In this document: positions 1 to 18,452 of the stretch, one piece after another
Layout of the letters: each line of letters starts with the position of its first letter
Position numbering within the stretch: the first letter of the stretch is position 1
NCBI GenBank assembly: GCA_002269645.1
Contig: NIVC01002594.1
Coordinates: 1 to 64,000 of the forward strand
DNA: 64,000 nucleotides
Direction: 5' to 3'
From: Macrostomum lignano
Taxonomy: Eukaryota
The notes under the pieces: generated by a model
What the model was told of the DNA's origin: nothing
Database searches by the model: none
The model's input: only the letters and a program-made list of their open reading frames with translations
Translations under genes and position numbers: made by a program

Positions 1-7
1 CTTGCTG

Positions 8-445
8 TTGTGAATGGAGTGAATGCGGTGAACGCTGCTGTGAATGCAGTGAGGGCTGTGAATGCAGTGAGGGCTGTGAATGCGGTGAGGGCTGTGAATG
101 CAGTGAGGGCTGTGAATGCGGTAAGGGCTGTGAATGCGGTGAGGGCTGTGAAATGCAGTGAGGGCTGTGAATGCGGTGAGGGCTGTGAATGCGGTGAGGG
201 CTGTGATTGTAGTGAGGGCTGTGAATGCGGTGAGGGCTGTGAATGCAGTGAGGGCTGTGAATGCGGTGAGGGCTGTGAATGCGGTGAGGGCTGTGATTGC
301 AGTGACGGCTGTGAATGCGGTGAGGGCTGTGAATGCGGTGAGGGCTGTGAATGCAGTAAAGGCTGTGAATGCGGTGAGGGCTGTGAATGCGGTGAGGGCT
401 GTGAATGCGGTGAGGGCTGTGAATGCAGTGAGGGCTATGAATGCT
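8..445. repeat. 18-bp minisatellite (gtgagggctgtgaatgcg)
   Basis: Direct tandem units. Confidence 0.95.
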
Positions 446-1011
446 TGTGATTGCTGCCGTAAATACTATGATTTCTTTTTTGAATGCTGTGAATGCTGTG
501 AAAGGGCCTAAACGCTGTGAATTTTTATTATCAGAAAAGATTAAGAGAAGTTTGTAATTGACATGTTGTCTATGAGGTTTGAGCAAAGCATATTTACAAT
601 AAAGTACTTTCTGTACTATTTCTACCTAGCCGGAGACGTGATTGCTCCGGTTTCCATCGCTACGGAGGGTGACTGCTTTGAGTTCCGGTTAATAATAAGG
701 GATTGCAGGAGCGCACAGTGTGGGTGCGCGGCCGCGATGAATGCACGCTCACCTGAATTAAGGCTTAGGAAGCTGGTAGAGAAAGTATGAAGAATGAGTA
801 AAAATGAGCGGATTGCGTAGAAGTTGGGTCGCGAAGCAGACAGTGGAGTGATTGGCAAATTTCTGAGAGAAGTCACAAAAAGCTGTGTTGAATAGTGAGG
901 CGCAGTCATGAAAGTGTAAAGTTTGAAGGCCATTGAAATTCTTCTCACAGCTGTGTTTGACTGATGCCACGTTACCCCACAGGGTAAAAATAACTAAAAC
1001 TACATGTAAAT

Positions 1012-1655
1012 AGGAGGAGCCTCAGTGACAGGTAGGAGGGAGCCTCAGTGACAGGTAGGAGGGAGCCTCAGTGACAGGTAGGAGGGAGCCTCAATGACAG
1101 GTAGGAGGGAGCCTCAGTGACAGGTAGGAGGGAGCCTCAGTGACAGGTAGGAGGGAGCCTCAGTGACAGGTAGGAGGGAGCCTCAGTGACAGGTAGGAGG
1201 AAGCCTCAGTGACAGGTAGGAGGGAGCCTCAGTGACAGGTAGGAGGGAGCCTCAGTGACAGGTAGGAGAGAGCGTTAGTGACAGGTAGGAGGGAGCCTCA
1301 GTGACAGGTAGGAGGGAGCCTCAGTGACAGGTAGGGGGAGCCTCAGTGACAGGTAGGATGGAGCCTCAGTGACAGGTAGGATGGAGCCTCAGTGACAAGT
1401 AGGATGGAGCCTCAGTAACAGGTAGGAGGGAGCCTCAGTGACAGGTAGGAGGGAGCCTCAGTGACAGGTAGGGGGAGCCTCAGTGACAGGTAGGAGGGAG
1501 CCTCAGTGACAGGTAGGAGGGAGCCTCAGTGACAGCTAGGATGGAGCCTCAGTAACAGGTAGGAGGAGCCTCAGTGACAGGTAGGATTGAGCCTCAGTGA
1601 CAGGTAGGAGGGAGCCTCAGTGACAGGTAGGATGGAGCGTCAGTGACAGGTAGGA
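1012..1655. repeat. 23-bp minisatellite (ggagggagcctcagtgacaggta)
   Basis: Direct tandem units upstream of NCX exon 1738. Confidence 0.95.
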
Positions 1656-1737
1656 GTGAACCTCAGTCACCAGGGGAGTAGGAAAGCATCTCAGATTGGC
1701 AATAATCTCCCAAATTTTCCTCTTTCGCATTCAACAG

Positions 1738-7454
<5,717 letters not shown>

Positions 7455-9261
7455 ACCATCTGCTTATGGAATATCCTGTCACATAATTTAAACAACTTGA
7501 TAAACTGATTTTAATTTTTAAAGGCAAATATATAGTCGCAGCTATTAGCAGATCAGCCTACTATATAGTAGCAAGTTTACCTTTTTGAAGAAAAGTTTAA
7601 TTAGCTGCCTGAAAAATGGATTTTACTGCACTTTGATTGGCTCGTTGCCTACGGAAGAGCTATACGGTTTCAAAATTAATTTGCTACCTTGACACTCTGC
7701 AACTATTTTGACCTTTTATGAACTCAAATGCTTTTATTCTTTATTTTTGGAGGCTTACAATCGTACAAGTGTACATAAATTCATCAGCTGTGGAAGAAAT
7801 AAATTTTTAATCTGGCTTGTGTTTTACAATTTGCGAAAAAAATGCTGCGAGTCACGAATTATTTTGTTATAGTTTTAATGATAAAGCTTCAATTAAACAT
7901 TCCGGTTTACTTTGCTTGCCATCCAATTCTCACAGCCTTACATGTAAGTAAATATGTTTATTTGCTGTTTGGTATGCGGACTTATTTTAACAGCTGGATT
8001 GTTTTATAAATTTTCAGTAGCTTTTTGACAATGCACGCGTCAACTTTGCTGAGACTGAAATGCTATCTTTGGTTGCAACTGTGCACGCATTGTAAAATTA
8101 ATCGCTTTTGGAAGTGCGCTGTTTTTCTCTCGAGCTTTTCTATTTTAGCAAATAGTATACTTTTCTCGCTTCTTTTCGTTGTTGATTAAATAAAGGCTTA
8201 CGAGTACATGTATTTCTTTTTCACTGTAGTTTTCTCACTTGTAAATTTTAATTCCCATGAGTTTGTGTGTTTGAGTACAGTTGTAACCATTAACTCTGGG
8301 CAGCGCAGTTGGAAAGTGGCTCAGCATCCAAGCATGCACGTTGATGGTTACCATGTACATGTAGAAATTTTGATCAGGTTTCTTATACTAAACTTTAGAA
8401 AATTTTCACAAGATATGCACGCAAAATGTACAATCCAAAGATGCTTTAAGAGTTCTCTTCTTTGCAGAGCAGTACGTCGTTTTGCAGTTGACAGCTAGCC
8501 TGCGCATATCTCGCGGTCATCCGCGGACAAGTGCGTGAAGCCGATGCTTATATTTACAAAGAACGCATAGCGTTGAGCGTGGCAATAAAGAACCAAAAAA
8601 GAAATACGAAGCACTATAATTTTGTTGTTTTGCTATAAAAAGATGTCATCAAAGCTGCATATGTCTCTGCCTTCGGCCGGCGGATGCACAGCTGCAGAAG
8701 TCCAGCGCCCGATAATCCAATTACATAGATGTACTATGTAGATATTTAGGCCTTAAATTTTGATAAATTAAATTTCTTAGCTGCAGCCTAAAGGTGCGAT
8801 CCCGATCAATGCAGTATTAAATGCTCAGAGTAATTTTTGTTGCGCACGAATCAAGTTGTTTCAGTAAACTAAAATAATGAACGATGTTTTTCGATCTCAT
8901 TCTATTTGATAAAGCAAATTATACGAAACGATTCAGGGTTATTGTATCCAATTACTGTTTTTTGCGCTCCGCAATAAATTGTAAATCAGTACAAAATTTT
9001 TTTATAATTTCGGTGTTATTAAAAGTTTAAACAAATTTTACGCATTAAAATGTTTTCAAATGATTATAGTGAAATTCTTTTATTTCAATATGTAAAATTT
9101 TATGTTTTTATCATCAATTATTTAATATCAATTTATTCTGAATAAATATCTAGTGCCCACTATTCCTCAGTGAATTTGACGCAAAGGAATTCTGTTTTTT
9201 ATTGACGATTTTAGGATTTTTATCAAATATTTTCTGATGCTGTAGGACTTGGTTTTCAGTT

Positions 9262-12175
9262 ATGGCTTTGCATGAAATATTTTCACACCCAGAAGTTAGA
9301 GTTTATAAATCTACGCTAGTTTCCAAGGCTACATTTTTTCTTATATGTTGCGTAATACTAACATTTGTAGCTCCACTTTTGTCGGTGTATCGAGCATATG
9401 GTAAGCGGGTATTTGCAGTTTGTGACTGCATCTCCTGTCTAAAAGTTTTGCTTAGAAAAGCGCTTAGATTGCAGTGCCACATTTTTTTAATGGTTTTAGA
9501 CTCTTTTAAGACAGTAACTGATGGTTCAGTTAAGTGCTGTGAAACAGAAATATAAAATAAAAAATAGATATAATAAAACATGGAAGTTACAATGGTAGTT
9601 TGTTTAATATGTTTGTTATTTGTTTTGCTATTGTTTTCCTTTAAAATTTATATAACAAGCCTATATTTACTTAAGGTTTTTAAGGTTTTTGGTTTAGCAC
9701 CATAGTCTTTGTTCATATTCTCCTTGTCCTTATTGCAAAAATATTTAACAATATAAATTTAAAAAATGTAGTCTATTTAAATTCCTAATAAAATTTGAAA
9801 GTAAAAAATATGTTTATGCTGGGTTCGATTTTTGGCATATATTTTAAAAAAATAACCTAAGGATGGGTTTCTTTACAAATTCTATTCAAACATTTATAGA
9901 GAAAAATAGCAACTAAACCTTCAAAACAGACTTTGTTTGCCAAGTAGTACTTAAATAGATCTAAAAGAATATAGTATATAAATTCAAGTATCAAGTGTCA
10001 ACTATTCGATTCTAATGGAATAAAAAATTGCTTTTGGAATAAAAAATAACAATATATGTAATTCAATATATTTTAGTATACTGTTAAAACAAAGAGTTTT
10101 GGCGTACTAGTTTACATACTGAAAGTTAACTAGAAGATATATTTTCTTAGAAATTATTTGAAAATATGTTACGAGCATAAGCACAAAATCCTAGTACTAA
10201 TATAATTTAATGGAGGGATTCATTTGGTAATTTCTATTGGTTATTTGCTTGAACTTTGATTTTCTTAAAAAATCTAGGATTCTGGAAGAAGGAAGATTTC
10301 TACACTGAGCAGCCAGTTGTGCGATTCAAATACCAGGCATTGCTCATCCTCAGCACCAGCACCACCCAATGGACATGGAGCACAATGACAAACTTGAACG
10401 CTCTGCAGCAGGAAAATCTACTGGCGGTGCAAATGAAGGTCATGGAGTCGGACTCTAATTTGGATGGAAAATACGAATCATTGTTGGTGCAGATTGAAGC
10501 GCCGCTGGCTTCCAGCGAGAACATTCTAGCAGCCAAGCTCATCCTTCTGTTTGACTACAAACTCTCGGTGAGTGGGCGGCTTGGGAGTCAGTGCCGAAAT
10601 CATGCCCTGAGCTGTGGGGAGCAGGTGCTACTTGAAGTGCACAGTCGATACCAGCTGTTGTGCTGATTTAAAAACAAATTTTTTTCTAGTATTAAAGTAG
10701 ACGGTATATTTTCCTTGTTATTTTTATTTTAAGTATTTTCCTATACTTCTACTGAAAGTAGGGTAGTTAGCAGAAGTTAACAATCTAAATATACTAAATC
10801 TCTAAGGTTTGTATGCTTGAATGAATGTCCATAATATATACTATTTTAGCTGTCTGTAAGTACTGCCTTGTACAGGGACAATGCTAGTTAAATAATTGCA
10901 CTTTTAGATGCATTTAATTTATCAACCGTTTAGTTTTTATGAATCTAGAGCTCGTATTCTGCAGCCAGGGGCGTCGCTACCGGGAAGGACGGGGAGACAT
11001 GTCCCCCCCATTAAGAGCAATGGGGAGACATGACAATGCTTTGTAAAATTCTTGGCTTTGTCCCCCCCCCCCAACCATAACATCCATGGCGACTCCCCTG
11101 TCTGTAGAAGTTTGGCCTAATGGCCAAAAATACTTCGTATGAAACCAATTGAAATTTTTATTGCTCAATTGCAAGGCTTGGACTTTAACATGAACGCTAC
11201 TGATCTCCCACAGAAACTGTCGGACTTCACAATGCAGAGCATGGCCTACATAGACTACTCATCTAGTCAGTCGGGCGCTTCTCTGTCGGCAACTGGACAG
11301 CTCTGCTTCAAGCAAAAGACGCCGCTAAAATCATCGGGAATAGATGTTCGTTATAATGTGAGTTCGTCAGGGTTTTTATTCGGGCTTTTAAAATTGTAAT
11401 CAATCTGGTTATGTAAGTTTTATCAATTTTTACTATACCTATTTTTTCTGTTGAAAGGACTCGGTCATTCCCAGCACCAGTGTCGTCAGTTCAGACTATC
11501 AGCTATCGAAAATATTTTTGAATTATCAACAACGAAATGGTAAGACTTTTTATTGTTTTTTTATGTACGCTGTGCACAGAGGGGTAGAGAATCTGCAGGA
11601 AGTGATGTACACTGTGCACAGAGGGGTAGAGAATCTGCAGGAAGTGATGTACACTGTGCACAGAGGGGTAGAGAATCTGCAGGAAGTGATGTACACTGTG
11701 CACAGAGGGGTAGAGAATCTGCAGGAAGTGATGTAAACTGTGCACAGAGGGGTAGAGAATCAACAGGAGGTGGTGTACACTGTGCACAGAGGGGTAGAGA
11801 ATCTGCATTATTTAAATTATGAAGATGTTAATATACTAGAAAATAAGGACAAAACTATCATAAACACCAACTCGTTCTAAAAAAACTGCTCACTCAGTGA
11901 CCACCATGTTCGACAATGCGCTGTACGTGTGGGAGACGGGCCGGCCAACTGGTGAACCCTTCAGATTGAACGCCACCGTGTATTACCCGCCGGCAAGGGT
12001 TCTGTACCTGACGGGTTTCTGGCACCTGATCAAATGGGCCTGGGTGCAGTATGTGCCCCTGCTGCTGGTGTTCTTGTTCGTGTTCGATCGGATCAAAGTG
12101 TTCGTCTTCCAGAACCAGATTATTGGCACCCTTGTTCAACGACCGAAGGTGCCGTGCAAGCAGCATGACACTTGA
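9262..12175 (+). CDS. TMEM231: Ciliary transition-zone protein TMEM231; exons 9262-9400, 10278-10567, 11214-11357, 11458-11539, 11898-12175
   Basis: MALHEIFSHP..., GFWKKEDFYTEQPVVRF, MQSMAY, IDVRYN, YQQRN and GFWHLIKWAWVQYVPLLLVFLFVFDRIKVFVFQNQ match the TMEM231 sequence I recall across its full length. All four introns are GT-AG with consistent phases. AATAAA at 12275. Confidence 0.95.
10966..11100. mobile_element. Small hAT-like MITE in TMEM231 intron 2
   Basis: TIR caggggcgtcgc / gcgactcccctg; degenerate 8-bp TSD tctgcagc/tctgtaga. Confidence 0.55.
11570..11805. repeat. 42-bp minisatellite in TMEM231 intron 4
   Basis: ctgtgcacagaggggtagagaatctgcaggaagtgatgtaca units. Confidence 0.95.
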
Positions 12176-13014
12176 AGAGAGGCCACGCAAATTTGTAACA
12201 AAAAATGATTTTTTACAACCTACAAATCAGGCTAACAGTATTGAGATGGTGCGTCGTCTTCTATCGCGTTGTCTAATAAAACTGATTGATTCAAGACTAT
12301 AGCTTTAAATATGAATTTATATAATCTAATCTATGCCCTGCAAATCATTGATTAATTATAAATAAATGCTACACACATTAAAATATGACACTGATATTTT
12401 TCTTTCGGGCTGGCCCGACAAAGCTTTTACTTGTAAATTAGACGTCTTTGCTTTCAGCACAATGGGATATTAATAATCTTCAATGCTGATGTAAAAAATT
12501 AATCATTCATAGCAGTTGCTGTGGGACCTCCTAGAAGAAAAAATGTTGCCTAAATACTGAACTTCTTACATTAGACTAGCTGGTGCACTGTCTCAGGTGT
12601 ATATGATTGCTTTCGATGGGGCCGTAGCACAGTGGTCCAGCGCGGCGCTTTGATGTGCCAGCGGCCCAGGCTCGTGTAAGAGCTGAGAAATTAGAGTCAA
12701 AATTCACGAAGTATATTATTTGGCATGCACGATAACTATAGGGAGCGATTATATTGTCAGTGATAGAAAGGTAATAAAATGACTCACCCAATTGGGGTGG
12801 AGGGCATGCACAGAGTAAATCAAGATGCAAGTAATAAGAGAGCAGCCCCCACCCCAAATGCACAAATCAAACGCAACCTCACACTCGATTCCAAGTGCAG
12901 TCACATTAATTTGGGGCTGAATTGGAATCTCGGCTTGGCTCTGCTCGTGCAATTAACGCCCTTGAGGGCCAACCCCCAAGGCACAGTGAAGTGTACATGC
13001 CTAACGATAAATAA

Positions 13015-13165
13015 AGTTAGGGCCGCTGTACACTCCTGTGTAAGTGTGTGCCTGTGCGTATGACTGCGTACGTATCCGCGCGCTTGTGTGCCTGCTCAGG
13101 GGAGTCGGCGGAATGGGCAGCAATGCCTCTCGCCGGTTGTGTGCCAATGTCGCTTAAAATGCGCC
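13015..13165. repeat. Dispersed repeat family (further copies at 45630-45776 inverted and 44158-44300 diverged)
   Basis: Shared agttagggccgctgtacac..gcgtacgtatccgcgcgct..aatgggcagcaatgcctctc..tgtcgcttaaa. Confidence 0.65.
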
Positions 13166-13336
13166 AGGTTGCACACAGCCCCCCTGCCCTACTGTCTCTA
13201 ATAAATAGAGATTGGTTTTCGATTTCCAATAGATTATCTGGTCACGTGATTGGAAATGTTGGGACGAAGAAAGGTAAATGCGTTTGACGTGATGCAGCTG
13301 TAGCTATGCCGGCAAGATAAAAATTGAAGACGTTGG

Positions 13337-13450
13337 GCGACGCTATTCCAGGCGTTGGTCGAGACCGTCCTGCTGTACTGCGCAGAGACTTGGACGTTGA
13401 CGGACTCTCTTGAACTGCAGATTGACGCAGTGCACGCTGGCCTTGTCTAA
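13337..13450 (+). mobile_element. RTE-type LINE RT fragment
   Basis: Translates to LFQALVETVLLYCAETWTLTDSLELQIDAVH, resembling the RTE motif SVLLYGxETWTL. Confidence 0.55.
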
Positions 13451-13464
13451 TGCGCGGAGTGTAC

Positions 13465-13648
13465 GAAGCAAACTCCCTGCAAGCAAACTCCCTGCAAGCA
13501 AACTCCCTGCAAGCAAACTCCCTGCAAGCAAACTCCCTGCAAGCAAACTCCCTGCAAGCAAACTCCCTGCAAGCAAACTCCCTGCAAGCAATTAACTCTC
13601 TGCAAGCAAACTCCCAGCAACCAATTAACTCTCTGCAAGCAAACTCCT
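13465..13648. repeat. 15-bp minisatellite (gcaaactccctgcaa)
   Basis: Direct tandem units. Confidence 0.95.
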
Positions 13649-14590
13649 AACGGAGACAAAGAAAGGATGTTTTGTCTTCTCTGTCAACGGAGTCTGTTTC
13701 GAATTGACACTGAAATAATATACTCTTGCAATGCAATTTGCTAACAAGTACGCTTACATCAATATCAGCATTTACAAATTAGTATCTCATTGATGCACGT
13801 ACATGTAGATTATATTGGCTAAAACATGCCTTGGATTTTAGCAAGGGTAAGGCAGCTCAATCCAGTTGAAATTAAGAGTTGGAATTATAGAGAGAGAGAG
13901 AGAGAGAGGGAGAGAGAAAGAACTGTTTACTACTATGCTCTGGAAGATGCTTCGAAACAGACAGCCACCGGTCAAGTGATGAAGCCTCGTCCCTACATAC
14001 GCTCGTACGGGTATAGGTTCTTTGGTTGTCACCCGCAGGCCTTCATCACTTTATATCTAGAGAGAGAGAGCAGCTTCTCATCTAGCAGCTTAGCGAAGTT
14101 CTAAGCCCTCAGCTCGTTCTAACCCATCCAACACAGCCAAACCCCATTGTTTGCTTTGTACAGAGACACACCCCTCAACTGGTTTTTGAAGAAGACTATT
14201 TTCATAGAAGCAGGAATAAGAGCGGGGAAGTTGCAGAGCATTTAGGCAGAAGCTCACCATTATCGTCTGTCCTTTCCGCAATTACTAAACGAGACAGAAA
14301 AAGAAAGAGAGAGGAGGAGAGAGAGAGAGAGATCTTCGCATTTTATTTAAAATTGCTACGAACTACAGCAGCACCAGCAGTCTTACTCACAGCGGGCAAG
14401 CTCAAGCAGGATTGGTAGTGCTGAGGCGGTTGGCTAGAAAAACAGGGTAAGAAATAGAAAGAATTGTGATCTGCATTGGGTAAGCTATATATATACATTA
14501 TACAACAGGCCTGGATGCAAGGACCCAAGCGAGCCTAATCCACAACAACAACAATAATAAAAAGCTCCAATTCCCTGCCGTCTCAAAGCC

Positions 14591-15509
14591 ATGGCCAACC
14601 CTAGCGCGGTTCTCGCTGACATCAGCGACTTCGACAGAGACAAGATGAACCACGTCAAAGTCACGGAGAAATTGGTTCTACCCAACAGTGAGCAGCTCAA
14701 GTCTGAACGAAAAGAGACTCAACTACGCTCCGAAATTGAGCAGGGCCTCCAGCTGAATCATGTCGCCAAGGTGGAGGAGAAAGTCGTCCTGCCAGATGCC
14801 AGCGTCATCGCCCAGGAGAAGCAGGAGCACGAGCTGCACGAGGGCATCAAGAGAAGGCCGAAATTAAATCACGTCGACGTAGAGGTGCGGAACAGCCTGC
14901 CAGGTGCGGAGGCGATCGCCCAGGAGAAGCAGGAGCACGAGCTGCACGAGGGCATCAAGGGAAGGCCGAAATTAAATCACGTCGACGTAGAGGTGCGGAA
15001 CAGCCTGCCGGGTGCGGAGGCGATCGCCCAGGAGAAGCAGGTGAGCAACCGCTTAGAGTTCGTGCCAGTTGGTCTAAATTGAGTCATCACGCGGCTGATG
15101 CAAATAAAAAGCAACCGAAAAAGAAGCAGCTTATTCTCTGTCGAATCGCACAATTGGACCGCGTATCACTCCTAGTCGTCTGTTAGAGTAGCTTGGTAGA
15201 TGTTTTGGTTGGCAATATAAGATCCCCATCCTTAGGTACATGCATGTAAAGCCTAAATCTAATCCATCATCTCCGCACCGCACGCAGGAGTTGCAGCTGC
15301 GAAGCGAAATTGAGAAAGTACACAAGCTGAACCCTGTAGACACGAAGGTGCGCATCAGCATGCCAGACGCTGGAGACATCCTCCAGGAGCGTCGAGAGCA
15401 GCAACTGCGCGAGGAAATTACGAAGGGCGCGCCGCTGCGCCGCGTTGAAACGAAAGTCCGCGACAGTCTGCCCGACGCTGAGACGATCGCGGCCGAAAAG
15501 GCGTGCTGA
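14591..15509 (+). CDS. Multi-repeat beta-thymosin/WH2 actin-binding protein (six repeats); exons 14591-15040, 15288-15509
   Basis: Six units of the pattern L..I....L.HV.v.ek..LP.ae.I.qEK; phase-0 GT-AG intron; TATA-like tract near 14485. Confidence 0.85.
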
Positions 15510-16638
15510 GGCGCTGAAAAGGGCCTGAGTTGACGTTGGACTTAATCTCGAACCCATTGATAAAATATAGCTACCCATACAGCTTATTCAAGCAATCTTC
15601 CTTTCTGGCGTTCAGCATACAATGAACCAAATTAGTAGTGAACATATCTATTCCCGGTATCACACACAGAATTAGCATAGCTTAATCCAAATCCTTCCAA
15701 TCAAGCTAATCTACATTAAATCAAAAGCGTTTTTGTTGAAAAGACAATAATAAAAATGTACATATATTCAGCTTAGATGCAAAAGTACTCACTAAGTTAC
15801 TTTTTACTTGCACTTTTTGTTGTGGTTCTCGACTTAGTACGAGCTACTTTTTCATGAGTGGAGGAAGTCTTAGAATGACTAATTAGTTAACCTAATTAGT
15901 AACAAGTATAGGGGTCCAATGGGTGCATAGGAATAGTCCTGCAGTACCAAGGGCATTATAAACAAAATCATATGCAAATAAAGTGATTTTTTGTGTTAAG
16001 CCTCGATGCGAAAGATCTTAAAATCTGCTTTGTGTGGAATATGGTTGGTGTTTATACAATAACATTCTTGGTTTTGGGTTATTATAAAACAAGGTTGTAG
16101 CTTTTATAATAAAACCTTAATAGAAAAAGCAGTGCGACTCACCATTTACTCGTGCTTCATTAGACGGTATTGTTTGCGTTAAACTGTGCCTTATAAATAG
16201 CAATGAGCATACGAGCGTATATAGCCAAGTGTCTTTAGTAAATTGTAGAATAAAATAAGATACTAAATTGACTCCAGTATTTTTATGAAAACAAATTGGA
16301 TTTGAAAAAAACACAGTAAGTGGAGCGCAGGCCCTAACCCTAGCGGAGATACGTGGATGTGAAGTTTAATTTCAGATATTTGGTCCATTGCTTATTTTTC
16401 GAAGGTATGACGTGTCGGAGTTATAAAAGAAATTGCTTTTCGGAGAAATGAATTTTCTGGTATCAAACTTCGGAGATATGCATTCGGAGAAAATTGGATT
16501 AAAGTGACCTGGAACTAAAGCGGCTTTGAATGAAATAACTCATGGTCTCTGCGCTCTCAGATATGCAGTTGCAAGCATCAGCGGCTGCTATTGGCAGTAG
16601 TTAAGTTTTTAATAGAAAAATAATAAAATGCAACAAAA

Positions 16639-16880
16639 GGCGCTGTAGCATAGTGGTTGAAAGTTCCGGGATTCGAATCTCGACCCACTCGACACAATTT
16701 GTGTCCTTGAGCAAGACACTTAACTCTGCATTGCTGCAGTTCACCCGGCTGTAAAATGGGTGCCAGCATTAGCTGGGGTAATTGAGGCTGTGTGGCGACC
16801 CCCAGTCCTTGGACTGAACAGCCGTACGCAGCCTTCAGATGCTGTCGGTTGCACATCTGCCTATTAGAGCAGGTGTAATA
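16639..16880 (+). mobile_element. tRNA-derived SINE with a CORE/Meta-like central domain
   Basis: A-box TAGCATAGTGG (16646), B-box GGATTCGAATC (16669), then gtgtccttgagcaagacacttaac...ctgtaaaatggg. Confidence 0.7.
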
Positions 16881-17289
16881 AAAATTAAAACAAATGAAGT
16901 ATCCGATTATGCATTTGATATAGGATATTAACAAAATGTGTCCACTCTGATAAGTGAACAAACTGTATATGCACGTTTATATAGCCATTACCACGGCAAG
17001 TAAGCGGTAGGAACTTGCTTATAAATTAAATATTAGGCGTCTGCATACAGATATAGGAGGAAAAATCGCAAATCAACCATGCAAGACTTGAATTTGAATC
17101 GAATCGAAATACTACTCATAGTTATCTGTAACTAAGTAGTATCGTTATAGACACCAAATCACTATAGAACTGAATAAAACAGCAGTAAATAAGATTAATA
17201 TGTGAAACAAAAATTTATGCACTTACATGTATTTACACAAAATAAAAAATAATGGTTTAAATTCTTTATAGCAAGAATAGTTAACCAAA

Positions 17290-17750
17290 GTACTAATCAC
17301 AGATACAAAAATAACTGGATGGGCCACTCAGGCACATACTTAGTAAAACAGTTTTCTACTTTCAGTTCAGTAGCAAAGAAGAATACATAAGCTATTTTAT
17401 AAAAATAAAGGCAGCTGAAATGACTTTGATAAGTTTAGAAGCCCAAAGCTTGCAGGCGTAAACAACTTGCTAATTGGTTCAGCAATAATGTACATTGGCC
17501 AGTCCACCGAAATGTACATGGCAGCTTTAGGCTGCAATTCCGAGAAAGGCAATAAAATTGGGGCGGGGCGGAGGGTAAAGTAGAAAGGCGCGGTTGGAGG
17601 GTTTAGCTGGGGGGTCAGGGCCAATAAATAAGCCTTGGCTTTAAAAATACATTAAAATGCTTCTGGTTTAACTTACTACTGAACTGAAAGTAGCATACAC
17701 GCAAATGTGCTGAGTGGCCCATGTAGTTATTCTAGTATCTGTGGTGTACT
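17290..17750. mobile_element. MITE-like dispersed repeat, copy 1
   Basis: Inverted termini around gggccactcag / ctgagtggccc that extend outward; the body matches 57420-57870 in reverse. Confidence 0.7.
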
Positions 17751-18452
17751 AAATTATACAATTAGCAGGAAAAATACATGCTGATTAAATTTTTCTCCAA
17801 TTTTTAAATGACACAATTTACGCACATGTAAATCGGCTGAGCTATCAGTACGGGAAAAATAGGCAATAGCAGGACGTTACTGTAGAAAGACCAGAAATCG
17901 TACTCAACACTAAGCAGGTTCTCTTCCTTCAGTGCTTTTTCATTTTAGTAGTAACATAACATTCGCAGTGTACCGTCATATACAGAAGAAAAAAAATGAT
18001 GAGACGTGCAAAGGCTCCAAACCAAAGCTTCAACAGTCAGTGCATGCAAGTATTAAATTGAGATGAGATGTACATTCTTAAAAATAGTTTAAACTGTACA
18101 CTCGTGATAATGATGGCGTAAAATCTTCCCTTACTTTGGTCCCTAAACAGAATACGAACTCAATGACACACTAAGACGTCACTCTCTTCGGCTCAAAATC
18201 AATGAATATTGATCTGTGGCCAAGAAATGTTTTAGAACTTTACCAATGTAGAATCTTTACTATAGAAGTCTGTTTCTCGCTAGGAGTTGCTATTTTTGCC
18301 AAAGAAATAATTTGTCAAAAATTATATATTGAGAGAGGTATAAATAAAAGTGTACTTTTATCTGGCTTACAGGCAGTTTATCCTCTAGATAGGTGCAAGC
18401 TAAAAATAATTTATATAGAAAGCATCATGTTTACAAAAAACACTGATTTGGG

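Noticed and set aside
10-450. Cys-rich ORF resembling metallothionein (CECGEG repeats)
   Set aside because: It is a translation of an 18-bp tandem array, with no unique flanking coding sequence or splice support.
630-786. Possible extra NCX exon (GDVIAPVSIATEG..KLVEK) with a phase-0 GT
   Set aside because: It does not resemble Calx-beta sequence and its codon usage differs from neighbouring NCX exons; left unassigned.
12634-12690. tRNA-like head ggggccgtagcacagtggtccagcgcg
   Set aside because: A-box only; no B-box or cloverleaf.
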